Assembly (NCBI GenBank): GCA_040380025.1 | Contig: JBEIJY010000002.1 | Coordinates: 32,001 to 96,000 of the forward strand | From: Bdellovibrionales bacterium | Lineage (GTDB): Bacteria > Bdellovibrionota > UBA1018 > CAIMNF01 | Direction: 5' to 3' | DNA: 64,000 bases | Part shown: positions 61,214 to 64,000 of the stretch, in pieces | Position numbering within the stretch: position 1 is the first letter of the stretch | Layout: every line of letters starts with the position of its first letter | Notes under the pieces: model-generated | Database searches by the model: none | The model's input: the letters and a program-made list of their open reading frames with translations, nothing else | What the model was told of the DNA's origin: nothing | Position numbers and translations under genes: made by a program

Positions 61214-62303
61214 GCGAATTCATCACCTTTCTTGCCATTTCTTCGATCGGGTTCAGAGCCGGGTTCCCGGCGAATCGATCTTTGAGTCCTCTCAGACACG
61301 AATCCATCGCCTCGCAGGCTTGCGCAAGCGCCACCGCGATCACCGGATGGGTCGTCCGCGGATCGTCTTCGCCTTTTTGGATGGTTCGGGACATCAGGGC
61401 CTGGAATTTTGTGAACTCATGGGGTTCGAGCGTTGTCGCCGCAACCGCCCACACCCAGGACGGACGAATGAAGGGCCCTCTCGGGGTGTCCGATTTGCCC
61501 GATTCGCGAAACTCGGCCAGGTCATTGAACATTTGCAACAAGACCCCGAACGACTGACCGAAATCGGCAATCGTGCGACGAAGGTCCGAATGGGCAGAGG
61601 CGGCGACGGCTCCGAATTCGGCGCACATCCTCATGAGGGCGCCGGTTTTCAGGCCCAGCGTTGCCATCGAGATTGGAGTGATTTTCGCTTGGGGCAGAAA
61701 GGTCATGTCATGAGCGAGATCGAGCGACTGACCATAGTGAGCTTGAATCATGGCGTGATGATGAACCCGATAGAGCTCGAGCTCGATTTCAGCCGGGATT
61801 TTTTGAGACCGGATCAGGTCGGTCGCGCGGTAGTAGAGCCAGTTGCCGGCATTGATGGCAGAGGGCATGCCGATCAGGGCGTGCAGGGCAGGGCCGCCTC
61901 TTCGAGTCATGCTTGAGTCCTGAATGTCATCGATGATCAGGGATCCGGCATGGATCGTCTCGACCATGGCACCGAGAGAAGAGAGCAAGTCCTCGTGCTC
62001 CTTGTCTCGGACCGCTGAACCCGAGGCGAGATCAAACCCGATCGAGACCAACTGAGCCCGGACCTGTTTGCTCGGCCGGTCCAAGTATTCGTTCAGGGGG
62101 TCGAGCATGGGTGCGAGCAAAGGGGGAAGAGCTTCTTTTGGCGCGACTCCCAGCGGGAGCCATTCCCGCAAAAAAGCCAAGTCGTCCGGGCCCGGGAGGA
62201 TCATCTGCGACAAAGTACGCGGTTGGTCCGACCTCGCGGGCGGGGATGTTCTGAATGGTTCCTGGATTTCTCTTCGATTCGTCAGTTCACGAAACTCGTT
62301 CAC
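61206..62303 (-). CDS. crtE: Polyprenyl (geranylgeranyl) diphosphate synthase; start uncertain (GTG 62303 or ATG 62204)
   Basis: SKQVR, E.IH..SLIIDDIQD....RRG.P.LH, GQSLDL, KTGAL; first gene of crtE-crtI-crtB. Confidence 0.85.
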   Translation of the reverse strand: MNEFRELTNRREIQEPFRTSPPARSDQPRTLSQMILPGPDDLAFLREWLPLGVAPKEALPPLLAPMLDPLNEYLDRPSKQVRAQLVSIGFDLASGSAVRDKEHEDLLSSLGAMVETIHAGSLIIDDIQDSSMTRRGGPALHALIGMPSAINAGNWLYYRATDLIRSQKIPAEIELELYRVHHHAMIQAHYGQSLDLAHDMTFLPQAKITPISMATLGLKTGALMRMCAEFGAVAASAHSDLRRTIADFGQSFGVLLQMFNDLAEFRESGKSDTPRGPFIRPSWVWAVAATTLEPHEFTKFQALMSRTIQKGEDDPRTTHPVIAVALAQACEAMDSCLRGLKDRFAGNPALNPIEEMARKVMNSHG

Positions 62304-62420
62304 GCGCCCCGCCCCGCTGTTTTGCCAAAAATCCCTCGTGTCTTCATGGATAACAGCCGGAGTGGTTGAATTCTAGAAAATACAGGCACCTGACCCTAAC
62401 GAGGGTTACGGGAGTATTCC

Positions 62421-62449
62421 TTGCTGTTTTGGTCAACTTAAGGTATCAT
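62421..62449 (+). promoter_or_regulatory. Sigma70-like promoter for the 62478 gene
   Basis: TTGCTG-17 bp-TATCAT. Confidence 0.5.
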
Positions 62450-62477
62450 TCGCGCCCGAAACCCAGGGATTTGTCTT

Positions 62478-63308
62478 ATGAAGTGTTTCACGGCCGTGGT
62501 TGCATTTGTCCTTTCTGTTCCCCTCTTCGCCATCGCAGATGAGCGATGTTCCGATCTTCTGACCAAGAAAACCCACCAGGAGGCGATTGCCGAGGGGATT
62601 CTTGCGAGCTATGCCCCTTATCAGTACCGCCCGTTCCGACTCGAACCGCTTAGCCAGAATCAGAATGCCATCGTATTTTTGGGATCGGAGATTGATCTTC
62701 CAAAACGGAAGTTCATTTTGAAGGTCATGCCGCTCGGCGAGGCATTGAGCGACTTTTATGCTCTTCGCTTGATTCGAGGCATCCAGAAAGAGATTCGAAT
62801 CCCGATTTCCGTGGTCGATTCGGTGGTTCTCACGCCTCGACTCGGAACTCTCGCGTCAGAGACCTTGGTGCTCCAGAAAAACTCCCTCGCCCGGGGAAGA
62901 ACTTTGTTTGAGATTCTTGCCGACGAACAGGTCGCAACCGATCGAAAGAGTTACCTTCGGAATTACTATATGGCCTGGATCCATCAAATGGCGGGAGCTT
63001 TGAAGAAGAAGCGGTTTTTGGTCGAAACGAAGCGTCTGGAGTCCAACTTTTATCGAAACCAACACCGCTTCATCGAGACCCATCCGAATGCGATCGACGA
63101 TCAGCCGATTGCGCTCAGTGCGAGCCGTTTGTGGGATGAAGAGATGAGGGGCAAGGAGATGGAGCCTTTGTTCCAGTATCTCGACCGCGCATCCCGTGGT
63201 GTGCTCGAGAACCTGAGCAGTAGCGGGAACGGGATATCCATCATCCTCAAGACCGACAACATCATGGTCGATGATTCCGACCACATGGTGTTGTTTGATC
63301 CATTTTAA
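62478..63308 (+). CDS. Hypothetical secreted protein with kinase-like motifs
   Basis: Signal peptide; FILKV and LKTDNIMV...VLFDPF. Confidence 0.7.
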   Translation: MKCFTAVVAFVLSVPLFAIADERCSDLLTKKTHQEAIAEGILASYAPYQYRPFRLEPLSQNQNAIVFLGSEIDLPKRKFILKVMPLGEALSDFYALRLIRGIQKEIRIPISVVDSVVLTPRLGTLASETLVLQKNSLARGRTLFEILADEQVATDRKSYLRNYYMAWIHQMAGALKKKRFLVETKRLESNFYRNQHRFIETHPNAIDDQPIALSASRLWDEEMRGKEMEPLFQYLDRASRGVLENLSSSGNGISIILKTDNIMVDDSDHMVLFDPF

Positions 63309-64000
63309 TTTTTTGGTTTCGGATTCTTTTTTTCGATCAGGGGGGCAGTCAACTTTACGCGAAGTCCGCGATCGGGATTCCCGATGGGTAGCACCAGATA
63401 CATGCTGGTGCCCGATCGAGGAAATTCCAATCCGGCCGCAATTTCGCCAGAAATCCCCTGTTTTTTTGCCCACTCCCGGAGAATCGATACATTGACAAAG
63501 CCCCGCACGGGGGTCTTTTCGGAGCTTCCGGCGAAATTTGTGCCGAAACTCGCCCCGAAACTCGCTTCACTCGAAAGCTCTTGCCCCGCTTCGGCGTTGT
63601 TTCGGATTCGAATCGGGGTCACCGACGCGTTCGCGACCAACCCGCCCTTGTGAAGTTGATACGCTCCCGTTGCCTCATTGGTTTGCCCGAGCCGTGTGAT
63701 CAATCCATAGGTGTGCCGGGCTCCTCCGGTCGAATTGGCTGATTCCGAGACTTGGACGATCAGCTGGCCGTAAGGATCGGAGCCGCGGGTCTCGTACCCC
63801 AAAAACAGGTTCTGGTTTTTCTTCTTCCATGCGACCCCGGTCAACGCCTGCTCCCGGAATGGCCTGGCGATCAATACATATTGAAGTTTTCCACCGACCC
63901 GTCGGAGCGGATTTTGACCGGAAATCCGGAAATCCAGGTAGCTGCCTCCCGGATCGGTCGCATCCACGCGGGAGCGGAGCGAGAGATCAGAATCGCCAAT
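63305..64000 (-). CDS. Hypothetical beta-strand-rich protein; 5' end outside window
   Basis: Frame is open from 64000 to the stop at 63305. Confidence 0.6.
   Translation of the reverse strand: MGDSDLSLRSRVDATDPGGSYLDFRISGQNPLRRVGGKLQYVLIARPFREQALTGVAWKKKNQNLFLGYETRGSDPYGQLIVQVSESANSTGGARHTYGLITRLGQTNEATGAYQLHKGGLVANASVTPIRIRNNAEAGQELSSEASFGASFGTNFAGSSEKTPVRGFVNVSILREWAKKQGISGEIAAGLEFPRSGTSMYLVLPIGNPDRGLRVKLTAPLIEKKNPKPKN

Overview
Gene-dense, GC-rich bacterial chromosome segment with about 65 CDS and 2 tRNAs. Gene content and protein style suggest a Bdellovibrionota/Oligoflexia-like organism, but that is inference, not a search result. Most of the window is housekeeping and envelope genes: dacB-like, pckG, type III glutamine synthetase, rlmL, dksA, rfaE2, rsmE, udk, rnj, leuS, prs-pth-ychF, trmFO, xerC, phhA, tatA, ahpCF, an ABC-F ATPase and dbpA. 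It also holds three GT2/GT-C glycosylation modules, two lytic transglycosylases and two type II toxin-antitoxin loci, one with a nonsense-disrupted BrnT beside tRNA-Ser. The standout is a complete retinal-phototrophy locus at 56.0-62.3 kb. A green-tuned DTE proteorhodopsin with a signal peptide is followed by a single ORF that fuses lycopene beta-cyclase (CrtY) to the retinal-forming beta-carotene dioxygenase (Blh). This pair faces a convergent crtE-crtI-crtB operon. Other notable signals are a three-hairpin putative sRNA with an anti-Shine-Dalgarno linker at ~7.72-7.86 kb, a recurring leaderless-mRNA promoter signature and a secreted kinase-like protein. No CRISPR array, rRNA or transposase was seen.
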